Shown here: piece after piece, positions 8,097-16,615 of the stretch
Numbering within the stretch: position 1 is the first letter of the stretch
Layout of the letters: each line of letters starts with the position of its first letter
Assembly (NCBI GenBank): GCA_041659045.1
Contig: JBAZZB010000002.1
Coordinates: 231,412-295,411 of the forward strand
Source: Patescibacteria group bacterium
Lineage (GTDB): Bacteria > Patescibacteriota > Patescibacteriia > SG8-24 > DYFX01
Reading direction: 5' to 3'
Length of the DNA: 64,000 nucleotides
Position numbers and translations under genes: made by a program
Notes under the pieces: generated by a model
Told to the model about the DNA's origin: nothing
Database searches by the model: none
What the model saw: only the letters and a program-made list of their open reading frames with translations

Positions 8097-8993
8097 GTGA
8101 ACAACTCCCTCGGTCACTTCCACAACCTGCTCCGCACCATCGACGCGCTCGTGCTGAAGATCAGCTCGCCCGGCCACAAGGTCGGCGAGAAGCTCAAGGC
8201 GCTCGCGGCCTACGAGAAGGAGCTCGAGACCATCCCCGTCCACATCAAGACCCAGCGGGAGCTCCTGCTCACCTGCGCCAACCCGGAGGCCGGCCTCGTC
8301 GTCGAAGCGAACAAGCTTCTGCGCCGCATGCGCGACAACTGGGAGGGCTGCCTCCGCACCGACGCGCTGCTCGAGAAGCTGCGCAAGGAGATGTCGCGCA
8401 AGCGGCACATCACCGTCGCGGTGCAGACCATCGAGAGCGAGATCGCGGTGCTCGTCGCTTCCAACAAGGAGCGGCGCGCGACGTACCTCGAGCTCATGGC
8501 GCAGTACGTGGCCCTCGCGCACGTCGATCACCTCAACCGCGAGGCGCTGACGATCCGCACCGAGCTCAAGATCGTCTCCCTGGAGCAGCTGCTCGAGGAG
8601 AAGCTCGGCGAGCTCGACGAGGCGATCGCGTTCGCCGAGGAGGTCGCGATGGATCTCGACCAGCGCGCCAAGCGCCACCAGAAGGCCGTCGAGGCCCGCG
8701 CCAAGACGGAAGCCGAGGCCAAGGCCAAGGCGGAAGCCGAGGCGGTGGCGGCCACCGTCACGATCCCCGGGTTCGAGAACCCCGATGGTTCGCCCATCGA
8801 GTTCGAGAACGTCGAGCTCGACGCGCTCCCGCCGATCACCGTGCACCCCGCGATCGACCCCGATCTCGCGGCGTACATGAAGATCGAGGGGCTCGACCCC
8901 GAGAGCCCCGACGACGTCGCGCTCGCGATGGCGACGGCCGACTCGGGCGATCTCGTGGCCGCGCGCGAGATCTTCAGCAGCTGCACGGTCTGA
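8097..8993 (+). CDS. hypothetical coiled-coil protein
   Basis: 298 aa with a GTG start. The heptad-like charged sequence includes an AEAKAKAEAEA low-complexity stretch. Confidence 0.5.
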   Translation: MNNSLGHFHNLLRTIDALVLKISSPGHKVGEKLKALAAYEKELETIPVHIKTQRELLLTCANPEAGLVVEANKLLRRMRDNWEGCLRTDALLEKLRKEMSRKRHITVAVQTIESEIAVLVASNKERRATYLELMAQYVALAHVDHLNREALTIRTELKIVSLEQLLEEKLGELDEAIAFAEEVAMDLDQRAKRHQKAVEARAKTEAEAKAKAEAEAVAATVTIPGFENPDGSPIEFENVELDALPPITVHPAIDPDLAAYMKIEGLDPESPDDVALAMATADSGDLVAAREIFSSCTV

Positions 8994-9018
8994 CCGCTCA
9001 CAACGTCGCACCTTTCTT

Positions 9019-9124
9019 CCTCAGAGGGGACGCCTCGGCTCGTCGTTAACGAACGACGATGTCGAACGCGTCCCCTTCAGCCCCCGGCCAACAAGCATCA
9101 CGCTTGCCAGTCGGGGCCCTGAAA
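9019..9124 (+). repeat. conserved structured intergenic element, copy E4
   Basis: CTCAGAGGGGACGC..GCGTCCCCTTCAGCC is followed by CCCGGCCAA-CAAGC-ATCAC-GCTTG-CCAGTCGGGGCCCTGAAAAGG. The inner stem CAAGC/GCTTG shows compensatory base changes relative to the E1/E2 stem CGAGCA/TGCTCG. Confidence 0.5.
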
Positions 9125-9144
9125 AGGCCGCCCGTCCACCGTCC

Positions 9145-9603
9145 ATGACAAGACCGGAGTTCATCATGCCCGCACTGCACCTTATCAACACTGGCCGCCT
9201 CATCGACCTCACCGCGCGCACCAAGAAGCCGCCGGCTGATCTCAACATCGACGGCGTCGAAGTGCTCGGTTGGCCGCTCACCGGAGTGGCCGTGACGCTC
9301 AACAACGAACACGTCGGCACCCTGCACGTTCGGATGCGCGCCTTCTACCACTTCCGCGAGCTGTGCCGCAATCGCGGCGACATCGGGCTCGACGAGAAGC
9401 GCACCGACGTCATCCGCGATCTCATCGCCGCGTTCTCCTACGCCTCGCGCATCCGCTGGGAAAGCTCGTACCGCCGAGACAAGTTCGGTAACCTGATCCT
9501 GATCGACCGCGAGGAGAAGATCATGTTCATCGTCGACGAGGAGCGGAAGCTGCTGCTCGCCGTCTTCGACAAGGACGAGGCCGCGAACGCCGACAACCGC
9601 TAG
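9145..9603 (+). CDS. hypothetical protein
   Basis: 152 aa. An alternative start lies at the internal MPALHL. Confidence 0.45.
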   Translation: MTRPEFIMPALHLINTGRLIDLTARTKKPPADLNIDGVEVLGWPLTGVAVTLNNEHVGTLHVRMRAFYHFRELCRNRGDIGLDEKRTDVIRDLIAAFSYASRIRWESSYRRDKFGNLILIDREEKIMFIVDEERKLLLAVFDKDEAANADNR

Positions 9604-9618
9604 CTTCCGGAGACCTTC

Positions 9619-9876
9619 ATGACCGACACCCAGCACGCACGCACGCAGTTGCGCTACAGCCCGGATTTCGACATCTGGATCATCAAGTCGTTCGTCATCG
9701 TCACGCTGAGCGTTCTGCTCATGCTGCTCGTGGCCGGCATCGAAGAGGCCAGTCACACGGTGAGCACCGAGCTCAGCCGCTACGAGCCGACGATCGACAT
9801 GGTCATCCCCGCCAACAACGCCCCGTTCCGCGCGAACGGGCCCAACCTCGCCTTCGCAGAAGGAGTACGTCCATGA
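9619..9876 (+). CDS. hypothetical small membrane protein
   Basis: 85 aa with one TM helix (FVIVTLSVLLMLLVAGI). Confidence 0.45.
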   Translation: MTDTQHARTQLRYSPDFDIWIIKSFVIVTLSVLLMLLVAGIEEASHTVSTELSRYEPTIDMVIPANNAPFRANGPNLAFAEGVRP

Positions 9877-10103
9877 AGCAGCAGGTTCTGGCTCCGGACA
9901 CCATCGACAACACCATCCTCCAGTACCTTCACGAGCTGGACGCCCCGTCCACGCTCGATCCGGACGATCCGATCTTCGCCGGCATCGACCTCGAGCAGCC
10001 GCTCGGCATGGTCGAGGTCCACGGCGAAGACACCGATCGGTTCATGCGGCACCTCGGCGGCCTCCTCACCGAGGAAAGCGAGGTGCCGCAGAACGTCCCG
10101 TAA
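9873..10103 (+). CDS. hypothetical acidic protein
   Basis: 76 aa. The start is preceded by AAGGAG and forms an ATGA overlap with the previous ORF. Confidence 0.45.
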   Translation: MKQQVLAPDTIDNTILQYLHELDAPSTLDPDDPIFAGIDLEQPLGMVEVHGEDTDRFMRHLGGLLTEESEVPQNVP

Positions 10104-10119
10104 CTCAGTCAGAACGAAA

Positions 10120-10153
10120 GAGCCAGGCTCCATCATGGAACCTGGCTCGTATT
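10120..10153. terminator. bidirectional intrinsic terminator between the island and clpP
   Basis: The hairpin GAGCCAGGctccatcatggaaCCTGGCTC is followed by GTATTTTATTT. It sits between the convergent 9873..10103 ORF and the end of clpP. Confidence 0.6.
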
Positions 10154-10771
10154 TTATTTCTTGATGATCTTGTCGATCAGGCCGTACTTCCTGGCTTCTT
10201 CCGCCGTCATGAAGTTATCGCGGTCGGTATCCTTCTCGATTTTGGCGAAGGATTGTCCGGTGAAGTTCGCGAGATGGCGGTTGAGATCGTCCTTCATTTT
10301 CAGAATGCGCTCGGCGCGAATCTTAATGTCGGACGCCTGACCTTCGGCGCCGCCCAAGACCTGGTGAATCATGATCTCGGAGTTCGGAAGAGCGAAGCGC
10401 TTGCCCTTGGCGCCGGCGGCAAAGAGGAAGGCACCCATCGAAGCAGCCATGCCGACGCAGATCGTCGAGACGTCCGGCTTGATGATGTTCATCGTATCCA
10501 TGATCGCCATACCCGCCGTGACAGAACCGCCCGGCGAATTGATGTAGAGCTTGATGTCGCGATCCTTGTCTTGGCTTTCAAGGAACAGAAGCTGCGCGAT
10601 GACGATGTTCGCGATGTTGTCATCGATACCATCGCCGAGAAAAATAATTCGGTCGATCAAGAGGCGCGAATAAATATCGTACGCGCGCTCCCCCATCGGC
10701 GTCTTTTCGATCACCGTCGGGATAAGATAGTTGCTCGGCGAAATTGAATTGATCGTGTAGGGATTTTGCAT
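10154..10771 (-). CDS. clpP: ATP-dependent Clp protease proteolytic subunit
   Basis: 205 aa. The protein matches ClpP along its whole length, including the canonical catalytic regions around GMAASMGAF and MIHQVLGG. Confidence 0.95.
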   Translation of the reverse strand: MQNPYTINSISPSNYLIPTVIEKTPMGERAYDIYSRLLIDRIIFLGDGIDDNIANIVIAQLLFLESQDKDRDIKLYINSPGGSVTAGMAIMDTMNIIKPDVSTICVGMAASMGAFLFAAGAKGKRFALPNSEIMIHQVLGGAEGQASDIKIRAERILKMKDDLNRHLANFTGQSFAKIEKDTDRDNFMTAEEARKYGLIDKIIKK

Positions 10772-10780
10772 ATCGCATTC

Positions 10781-10809
10781 AGTATATCGCCTGGCGCAAC
10801 CATTGACAA
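10781..10809 (-). promoter_or_regulatory. clpP promoter (minus strand TTGTCA-N17-TATACT)
   Basis: The reverse complement reads TTGTCAatggttgcgccaggcgaTATACT. The -35 shares the palindromic core TTGACAA with the divergent plus-strand promoter. Confidence 0.55.
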
Positions 10810-10831
10810 AGGCTCACGCATTTCGTAGGTT
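10803..10831 (+). promoter_or_regulatory. divergent promoter for the 10858..11592 gene (TTGACA-N17-TAGGTT)
   Basis: The sequence reads TTGACAaaggctcacgcatttcgTAGGTT. The two promoters are face-to-face and their -35 hexamers overlap. Confidence 0.45.
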
Positions 10832-10857
10832 TGCGTTGACCTAACAGGAGAAAGACC

Positions 10858-11592
10858 TTGAAGAGTCAGATCGAACTCGTTCCATTTCTGAACGAACTCC
10901 AGGAGAATTTCAAGCTCGTGGCCGACACGACCGTCGAGTTGGTTCCCGACTGGGAGCGCTGCTGGATGGAGGTCGCGCACTACGCGACGGCTCACACCGG
11001 CCGCACGACGATCAGCCACGCTGCGCTGCGCCATGCCGTCGCGTTGACGCTTCTGCATGTCGACGAGCCCATCAGTGACGCCAAGGAGTTCATCCGCACG
11101 TTCCAGGGCCGATCTTCCGAACTGGCGTACAAGTTCTCCGAGATTGTCTCCCGTCGCGCCGGTTTCCTTCCGAACGCGGCCACCTGGCGGCACGGCAAGC
11201 TGCTGCGAGACTTCGCTGGCGAGATCGGCACCTGGTTTGTCAGCGAGTGCTTCCACGGTTTCGCCCGCGAGGACGCAAACCATCCGGAACGTCGCGAGAA
11301 GCGCGAGAATCAGGCATTCGTCTATTCCTGCCTGCGCATGGATCCGTCCGGCACCCAGTTCATGGGGTTCCTGGCCGACTACACGGAGAGCACGAACCAG
11401 CTCGCGCACGTGACCCTCCCGCCCGAGGTCATCGTGGCGGCGATCCAGGGCTTCAAGCGGCTCGAGATGGAAGAGCAGCTCGGCGCGGCCACGGTCGCGC
11501 TCATGCACTACGGCACGCTCCGCACCTATACGAAGCACGACCTGCTCAAGGTCATCACCATGATCGCCGAGATCGAATCCTCGAACGCATAA
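10858..11592 (+). CDS. hypothetical protein (GC-rich)
   Basis: 244 aa with a TTG start preceded by AGGAGAAAG. It is followed by the terminator GCCACCGacgcaCGGTGGC plus T6. Confidence 0.5.
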   Translation: MKSQIELVPFLNELQENFKLVADTTVELVPDWERCWMEVAHYATAHTGRTTISHAALRHAVALTLLHVDEPISDAKEFIRTFQGRSSELAYKFSEIVSRRAGFLPNAATWRHGKLLRDFAGEIGTWFVSECFHGFAREDANHPERREKRENQAFVYSCLRMDPSGTQFMGFLADYTESTNQLAHVTLPPEVIVAAIQGFKRLEMEEQLGAATVALMHYGTLRTYTKHDLLKVITMIAEIESSNA

Positions 11593-11620
11593 GCCACCGA
11601 CGCACGGTGGCTTTTTTAAT
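11593..11620 (+). terminator. intrinsic terminator
   Basis: GCCACCGACGCACGGTGGC is followed by TTTTTT. Confidence 0.6.
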
Positions 11621-11642
11621 TTTAACGAGCGGCACCTTGCCC

Positions 11643-11700
11643 CCCCCATGTCATCCCCGTCGCCCCCATGTCATCCCCGCCTGCGCGGGGATGACATGAG
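11643..11700. repeat. iteron-like element: two direct 20-nt repeats CCCCCATGTCATCCCCG followed by an inverted copy CGGGGATGACATG
   Basis: The direct copies are at 11643-11659 and 11663-11679 and the inverted copy is at 11683-11700. A fourth partial copy GGAATGACAT lies near 11752. The last two arms form a 13-bp perfect palindrome, CATGTCATCCCCG-cctgcg-CGGGGATGACATG. Confidence 0.5.
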
Positions 11701-11790
11701 GAGGTATGAAGATGGCATATGTATACAGAAACAAAAATTCCAGCTTTCGCTGGAATGACATATCTAGGTAACGGCACGCAAGCACCCCGA

Positions 11791-12807
11791 TTAAATCGCC
11801 GGGAGTTCGAATTGCGGTCCGAGGTCGCTTTGCTGGACGACCCAGCCGTCGGGACGTTCGACGATCGCGCCGTCGACAAGAAAACCAGCGGCTTTGCGAT
11901 GTCCTCCCCCACCATACGCTTTCGCGAGTTCAGCGACGTCCGTTTCTGTCGCGCTGCGATAACTTCCTTTCACGCGTTTCTTTTCCATCTCTTTGAGCAC
12001 CAGCACCACATCGGCTTGCAAAAGATGATTCAAAAAATTCGAGAGGCCTTCCAGGTATTCATCATCGACAGGATGATCTTCAAAATCTTCGCGGAAAAGC
12101 GCGGTCGAAGCGAGTTTGGTTTCCGGATTCCAGCGCAAACGCTCAAGCGCACGTCCCCAAAGCTTCAGGGCATCGAACGGCTTGTTGCGCATGAGTCGAC
12201 GCGTGATGTCTCGAATCGAAACGCCTTTCAAAAGAAGTTCGGAGGCGATCTCGAGACTCTTCACGGTCGTAGCCGGGTTCGAAAAATTTGAGGTGTCGGT
12301 CAAAAGACCCGTCATGAGGCATGTCGCCATCGATCGCGAAATTTCGATGTGGTTGTCGTCAAAAAATTCATGTACCACTTCCGCAGTAGACGAAGCTTTC
12401 GTCATCACGAGGTTTCCGTCGCCGAAGAGTGTGTTCGTGATGTGGTGATCGAAGTCGGCGATATACGGGCGCTTCGGCATCGCGCTCACAAACGCCTCAA
12501 TGCCGGCGTACTTCAAGTCCCCCGCGTCGAACACACAGATCATATCGATGTCTTCCTCTGCAAAAATGTTCGGATCTGTCTGCACGTCGCGGATACGCGG
12601 AAAATAGGCGTAGGCCGAGGCGGGTTCGTCGACACAAAAGGCGTGTGCAACACGCCCGTGATCGCGAATCCAATTATAGACAGCCATCATGGCACCAAGC
12701 GTGTCGCCATCCGGTTTGCGGTGCGCAACAAGAATCGGCTTCCGTGCGGCGGAAAGCTTCTGGAAAATCTGTTGTGACGTGGCGCGGTGCGGCATAGGTA
12801 CGGCCAA
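11791..12807 (-). CDS. nrnA: DHH-family phosphoesterase, NrnA-like (oligoribonuclease/pAp phosphatase)
   Basis: 338 aa. The DHH motif (ADFDHH) and the DHHA1 motif (GGGGH) are both present. Confidence 0.8.
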   Translation of the reverse strand: MAVPMPHRATSQQIFQKLSAARKPILVAHRKPDGDTLGAMMAVYNWIRDHGRVAHAFCVDEPASAYAYFPRIRDVQTDPNIFAEEDIDMICVFDAGDLKYAGIEAFVSAMPKRPYIADFDHHITNTLFGDGNLVMTKASSTAEVVHEFFDDNHIEISRSMATCLMTGLLTDTSNFSNPATTVKSLEIASELLLKGVSIRDITRRLMRNKPFDALKLWGRALERLRWNPETKLASTALFREDFEDHPVDDEYLEGLSNFLNHLLQADVVLVLKEMEKKRVKGSYRSATETDVAELAKAYGGGGHRKAAGFLVDGAIVERPDGWVVQQSDLGPQFELPAI

Positions 12808-12848
12808 TGAGCATACGGAAAATAAAAAAACCCGTCAAGATGACGGGG

Positions 12849-13532
12849 TCAGGCGACATGGATGCGGATCCCGCCGCGACCAAGGCCGAAAGTGGCGTGA
12901 CTGAACCGGGCACGCACGACCATGGTGCCGAAGAGCAACTCAACGCCTTCTTCAGAGAACGACGTCCATATCTCGCGGAAGAAGGCGTGATCCTCTTCGC
13001 GCAAGGCCTGTTGAAGCGGCGGATCATGCCCCGCGGGCGAACGAGGCGTCTTCGGATGTTTGAAGATGCTCTCAAGCATCCGCAACAATCCCTCTTCGGG
13101 TATGCCTGCAGCATCGATCAGACTGCGCATGACCGCGAGCTGCGGCGTCGTATCCAGCTCCGGCGGAGCGTTGCCGTTCGCCGTTGTGAGCTCGTCGTGC
13201 TTTCGGAGCAGCGACTCGCTTCCCATCGGGGAGAACCCCGCATGATACGGCCAAGCATCGAGCGTGCAGGCATCGCCGGCGACATCGAACTCCTTCTTCA
13301 GCTCGAGCATCTCCGCGCGCATCATCGTCTCGACCGAGCTGGTGTAGAACGGCAGCGTCGGACCGCCAGGAACGATCGCCGTGCGGCGAGCGCGCGGATG
13401 AAGGGCACGGATAGCGTCGTGAAAGACCCGCAGCATCCTGAAACCGGTATCGAGCACGCGCTCGAAGTCGTACACCGGCCCTTCGGCCGCGACCACACCC
13501 GGAAAATCCGTCGGCGTGATGAAGCGGATCAT
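12849..13532 (-). CDS. hypothetical protein, tandem paralog B (C-terminal RFSHATFGLGRGGIRI)
   Basis: 227 aa. Its N- and C-terminal patterns are shared with the 13529..14176 ORF, and the two overlap by 4 nt. Confidence 0.5.
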   Translation of the reverse strand: MIRFITPTDFPGVVAAEGPVYDFERVLDTGFRMLRVFHDAIRALHPRARRTAIVPGGPTLPFYTSSVETMMRAEMLELKKEFDVAGDACTLDAWPYHAGFSPMGSESLLRKHDELTTANGNAPPELDTTPQLAVMRSLIDAAGIPEEGLLRMLESIFKHPKTPRSPAGHDPPLQQALREEDHAFFREIWTSFSEEGVELLFGTMVVRARFSHATFGLGRGGIRIHVA

Positions 13533-14176
13533 TCTTCTTCCTCCTCTCCATCACGATCGACTTCGTGCAAGTAGCGCGAGATCTTGATCGGACCGACACC
13601 CTTGCCGAACGTCTCGTGTGGGAAGCGCACTTGCACCGCCTGGTCCCGATCGTTGGGCTGGTAGGCGTCCCAGGTAATGCCGCGCGGCAGAAAGCCTTCG
13701 AGCACTTGGCGCAGAAAGTTGTACTGAGGCTCATCAAACGGGTCGGTCATGCCGTCGCGCATCATGACGTACAGCACCGGCGTCGGATCAAGTTCGTCCC
13801 AGTTGAGGTCGTAGTCCGTCAGGCAATTGATCATCGGCCCGTTCAGGCTGTCATGCCCAAGCAGGTAGAGATCGATCATAAACGGACCAAAGTACACCGA
13901 GCAGCAGAGTGGAACCGCGTCGAACCGCGTGATCTTGCAATCATCGTAGATGTAATCGATCGCGGCGTAGCTCTCGTCCCCAAACGGGTGCTCCCCATCT
14001 TCAAACGCAAAGGCGTAGGTGGGAGGCTCGCTGTTCGGGAAACGCATCATGGCGCGCTGGTAGAGCGTCCGAAGGATGGCAAACGCCACTTCGATAACCT
14101 TCGGCAGATCGAACTTCGGGCCGTCGGCAATGACCGTGTCATTGTCGAGTTCGCGGAGCTTCTTCAGCATGATCAC
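13529..14176 (-). CDS. hypothetical protein, tandem paralog A (C-terminal RFPHETFGKGVGPIKI, poly-Glu tail)
   Basis: 215 aa. The start is preceded by AAAGGAG. It is a paralog of the downstream ORF. Confidence 0.5.
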   Translation of the reverse strand: MIMLKKLRELDNDTVIADGPKFDLPKVIEVAFAILRTLYQRAMMRFPNSEPPTYAFAFEDGEHPFGDESYAAIDYIYDDCKITRFDAVPLCCSVYFGPFMIDLYLLGHDSLNGPMINCLTDYDLNWDELDPTPVLYVMMRDGMTDPFDEPQYNFLRQVLEGFLPRGITWDAYQPNDRDQAVQVRFPHETFGKGVGPIKISRYLHEVDRDGEEEEE

Positions 14177-14216
14177 TCCTTTGTCTAAGGTGCCGCGTCC
14201 AGCATCGTCTCCTCCG

Positions 14217-14245
14217 CTTGAAACGTCAAGAGATTACAGGTACTT
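14217..14245 (+). promoter_or_regulatory. smc promoter (TTGAAA-N17-TACTTT)
   Basis: The sequence reads TTGAAAcgtcaagagattacaggTACTTT. It is divergent from the promoter of the minus-strand paralog pair. Confidence 0.45.
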
Positions 14246-14270
14246 TAAGGAGGTAATAGCCGCTTTCCCC

Positions 14271-16577
14271 ATGTATCTCCAGCGCATCGAAATGCAGGGT
14301 TTCAAGACGTTCGCCAACCGCACGGTTTTGGAATTCCTCCCCCCGAAAGAAGGCAACCGCGGCACAACCGCGATCGTCGGCCCGAACGGCTCCGGTAAGT
14401 CGAATATCGCTGACGCTGTCCGTTGGGTGCTGGGCGAGCAATCGCTCAAGCTCCTGCGCGGTAAAAAATCGGAAGACGTCATTTTTAGCGGCTCCGAAAA
14501 ACGCTCGCGCTCCGGGTTCGCCGAAGTCTCCTTGGCACTCAACAACGAAGCGGGCGGCAACGATATTGAATATCCGGAAGTTGTCATCACGCGCCGTATC
14601 TACCGCGACGGCGAATCGGAATACCTCATCAACAAGAACAAGGTGAAGCTGCAGGAAGTCATCCTGCTTCTTGCACGCGCCAACTTCGGACAGCGCACCT
14701 ACTCCGTCATCGGCCAAGGCATGATCGATGCGATCCTCGTCGCTTCGCCGAAAGAGCGCAAGGAGTTTTTCGATGAAGCTGCGGGCGTGAAGCAGTATCA
14801 ACTCAAGCGCGAATCCGCCGTCCGCAAGCTCGATGCTTCGGAAGAAAACTTGAAGCAGGCCGAACTCATCCTCGCCGAAATCGAACCGCGCATGCGTTCG
14901 CTCTCGCGCCAGGTCCGCCGCTTGGAAGAGCGCGCCAATCTTGAAAAAGAATTGCAGGAACTTTCAATCCTCTACTTCGGCACGCAGTGGAAACAGATTA
15001 GGGAAGAGATGGCCGCAATCGACGCCAAAACGAAGCTCGTCGAAGAAAGCCGCAAAGCCAAGGAAAAGGAAATCGAAGCCATCCGCGCCGAGCTCGCCGG
15101 CATGGAAACAGAAGAAACGAAATCCGACGGCTTGATCGCACTCCAGAAGGACTACGAGAAAGAGATGGAAAAGCGCAACAGTTTGCGCGAGAAAGAAATC
15201 CAGCTCAAGAACCAAATTCGGATGGAGCAGATGAAGGCACAGGCGGCCAACGCACCGGCGCTGCCCATGCCACTCCCCCGCATCGTCGAAGAAGTTTCCT
15301 CGATCTCAAAGCGTCACGACGAACTTGTCGCCTCGATCATGGGCGCGAAAACGCTCGAGCAGGCGCAGCAAGCGGCGCGCGAACTTGAAAAGCTCGGCAA
15401 GCAAATTGAAGAACTGCTCTCGGAACTCCGCGAACCCGGCCACAAGGAAAAGCAGGAAAAGAAGGAACCAACGGTTCCGGTTGCGATGCAAAAGGAGCTC
15501 GAGGAAACGCTCGTCGCCATCTCCGAAATGGGTAAAACGCTGACGGACCTTCAAGGCCAAATGCAGCGTTGGGGCCAGGAAGAGGCCAAAAAGCGTGGTG
15601 CCTTCTTCGAGATTCAGCGCAAGATGCAAGGCTTCCAGTCAGAACTCTTCGAACTCGACCGTCACCTCTCCGACCACCGTGTCGAACGCGCGCGCATCGA
15701 AACCCGCCGCGAAACCATCGAGCGCGAAGCGCGCGAAATGATGGGTGAGGAAGCTCAAGCCGCGCTTGCCGCCGAACCGAAAGAGAAGGTCGACGCATTA
15801 ACTCTCTCCCCTCGCCTCCACCAACTCCGCACGCAAGTCGCCGCGATCGGCTCGATCGATCAAGCCGTCGTCGACGAATATAAGGAGATCAAAGAACGCT
15901 TCGACTTCCTCTCCGGACAAGTCGAAGACCTGCACAAAACGAAAGCTTCTCTTGTGGTGATGATCGAAGAGCTCGACATTCTGATCAAGAAACAATCGGA
16001 CGCATCGTTCCGTCGCATCAACCAGCACTTCGGAGAATTCTTCAAACAACTCTTCGACGGCGGCACCGCTTCGCTTGAGAAAATCGAGCGCGAAGAGGAT
16101 GAAGATGAAGTCGCCGATGCCGAAAAAGCGGCCGCCGCGGAAGCTGCAGGCGTCGAAGAGGAAGAAAAGAAGGAGGCCGTCTCCGCCGTGCCGAAAGAGT
16201 CCTGGCTCGGTCTCGAAATTTACGCGAACCCTCCGGGCAAGCGCGTGAAGTCGATCCATTCACTCTCCGGCGGCGAGCGCGCCATGACATCGATCGCGCT
16301 TATCTGCGCCATCATGACGACGAACCCTTCGCCCTTCGTAGTGCTCGACGAAGTCGACGCCGCGCTCGACGAATCGAACGCCTCGCGCTTCGCTGCGATC
16401 ATCGACGAACTCTCTCACAAGACGCAGTTCCTCGTGATCACGCACAACCGCTACACGATGCAGAAGTCGCAAGTGCTCTACGGCGTCACTATGGGTGAAG
16501 ATTCAACATCGAGCGTTCTCTCGCTCCAGCTCGAAGACGCGGAACGCATTCGCGGACAGAAAACCGTAACGGTGTAA
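14271..16577 (+). CDS. smc: SMC-family chromosome segregation ATPase, unusually short (768 aa) with a reduced coiled coil and no evident hinge
   Basis: The N-terminus MYLQRIEMQGFKTF...IVGPNGSGKSNIADAVRWVLGEQS carries the Walker A motif. The C-terminus LSGGERAMTSIALICAI...FVVLDEVDAALDE carries the signature and Walker B motifs. The upstream 65 codons of the track ORF are likely not translated. Confidence 0.75.
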   Translation: MYLQRIEMQGFKTFANRTVLEFLPPKEGNRGTTAIVGPNGSGKSNIADAVRWVLGEQSLKLLRGKKSEDVIFSGSEKRSRSGFAEVSLALNNEAGGNDIEYPEVVITRRIYRDGESEYLINKNKVKLQEVILLLARANFGQRTYSVIGQGMIDAILVASPKERKEFFDEAAGVKQYQLKRESAVRKLDASEENLKQAELILAEIEPRMRSLSRQVRRLEERANLEKELQELSILYFGTQWKQIREEMAAIDAKTKLVEESRKAKEKEIEAIRAELAGMETEETKSDGLIALQKDYEKEMEKRNSLREKEIQLKNQIRMEQMKAQAANAPALPMPLPRIVEEVSSISKRHDELVASIMGAKTLEQAQQAARELEKLGKQIEELLSELREPGHKEKQEKKEPTVPVAMQKELEETLVAISEMGKTLTDLQGQMQRWGQEEAKKRGAFFEIQRKMQGFQSELFELDRHLSDHRVERARIETRRETIEREAREMMGEEAQAALAAEPKEKVDALTLSPRLHQLRTQVAAIGSIDQAVVDEYKEIKERFDFLSGQVEDLHKTKASLVVMIEELDILIKKQSDASFRRINQHFGEFFKQLFDGGTASLEKIEREEDEDEVADAEKAAAAEAAGVEEEEKKEAVSAVPKESWLGLEIYANPPGKRVKSIHSLSGGERAMTSIALICAIMTTNPSPFVVLDEVDAALDESNASRFAAIIDELSHKTQFLVITHNRYTMQKSQVLYGVTMGEDSTSSVLSLQLEDAERIRGQKTVTV

Positions 16578-16585
16578 AAGAAAAA

Positions 16586-16615
16586 GGCCCCGATCACATC
16601 GGGGTCTTTGCGTTT
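16586..16615. terminator. bidirectional terminator (GGCCCCGATcacATCGGGGtC plus TCTTTGCGTTT)
   Basis: The hairpin is at 16586-16606 and serves smc on the plus strand and the Cys-rich gene on the minus strand. The module ..PYR-stop-AAACGCAAAGA-hairpin recurs at 17077 and 18581. Confidence 0.6.

Noticed and set aside
3399-9011. Long minus-strand ORFs in the ORF track (3399..4001, 4455..5489, 6327..6728, 6801..8045, 8079..9011).
   Set aside because: They are antisense to better-supported plus-strand genes in a high-GC region where stop codons are rare. Their translations are Arg/Ala/Gly-rich low-complexity sequence without start context, so they are typical GC-rich shadow ORFs.
5418-9124. The intergenic palindromic elements could be integron attC sites, given co-directional promoter-poor cassettes separated by imperfect palindromes.
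   Set aside because: The conserved ends are CTTCAGCC / GGCCCTGAA and not the integron R'' RYYYAAC and R' GTTRRRY cores. No intI-type integrase or attI lies adjacent; the only tyrosine recombinase is 28 kb away. The architecture is kept as a finding but the integron label is rejected.
11712-11771. 19-codon micro-ORF with a perfect SD after the iteron-like array.
   Set aside because: It lies in a convergent intergenic region with no promoter evident and is too short to assess. It is mentioned inside a finding but not listed as a feature.
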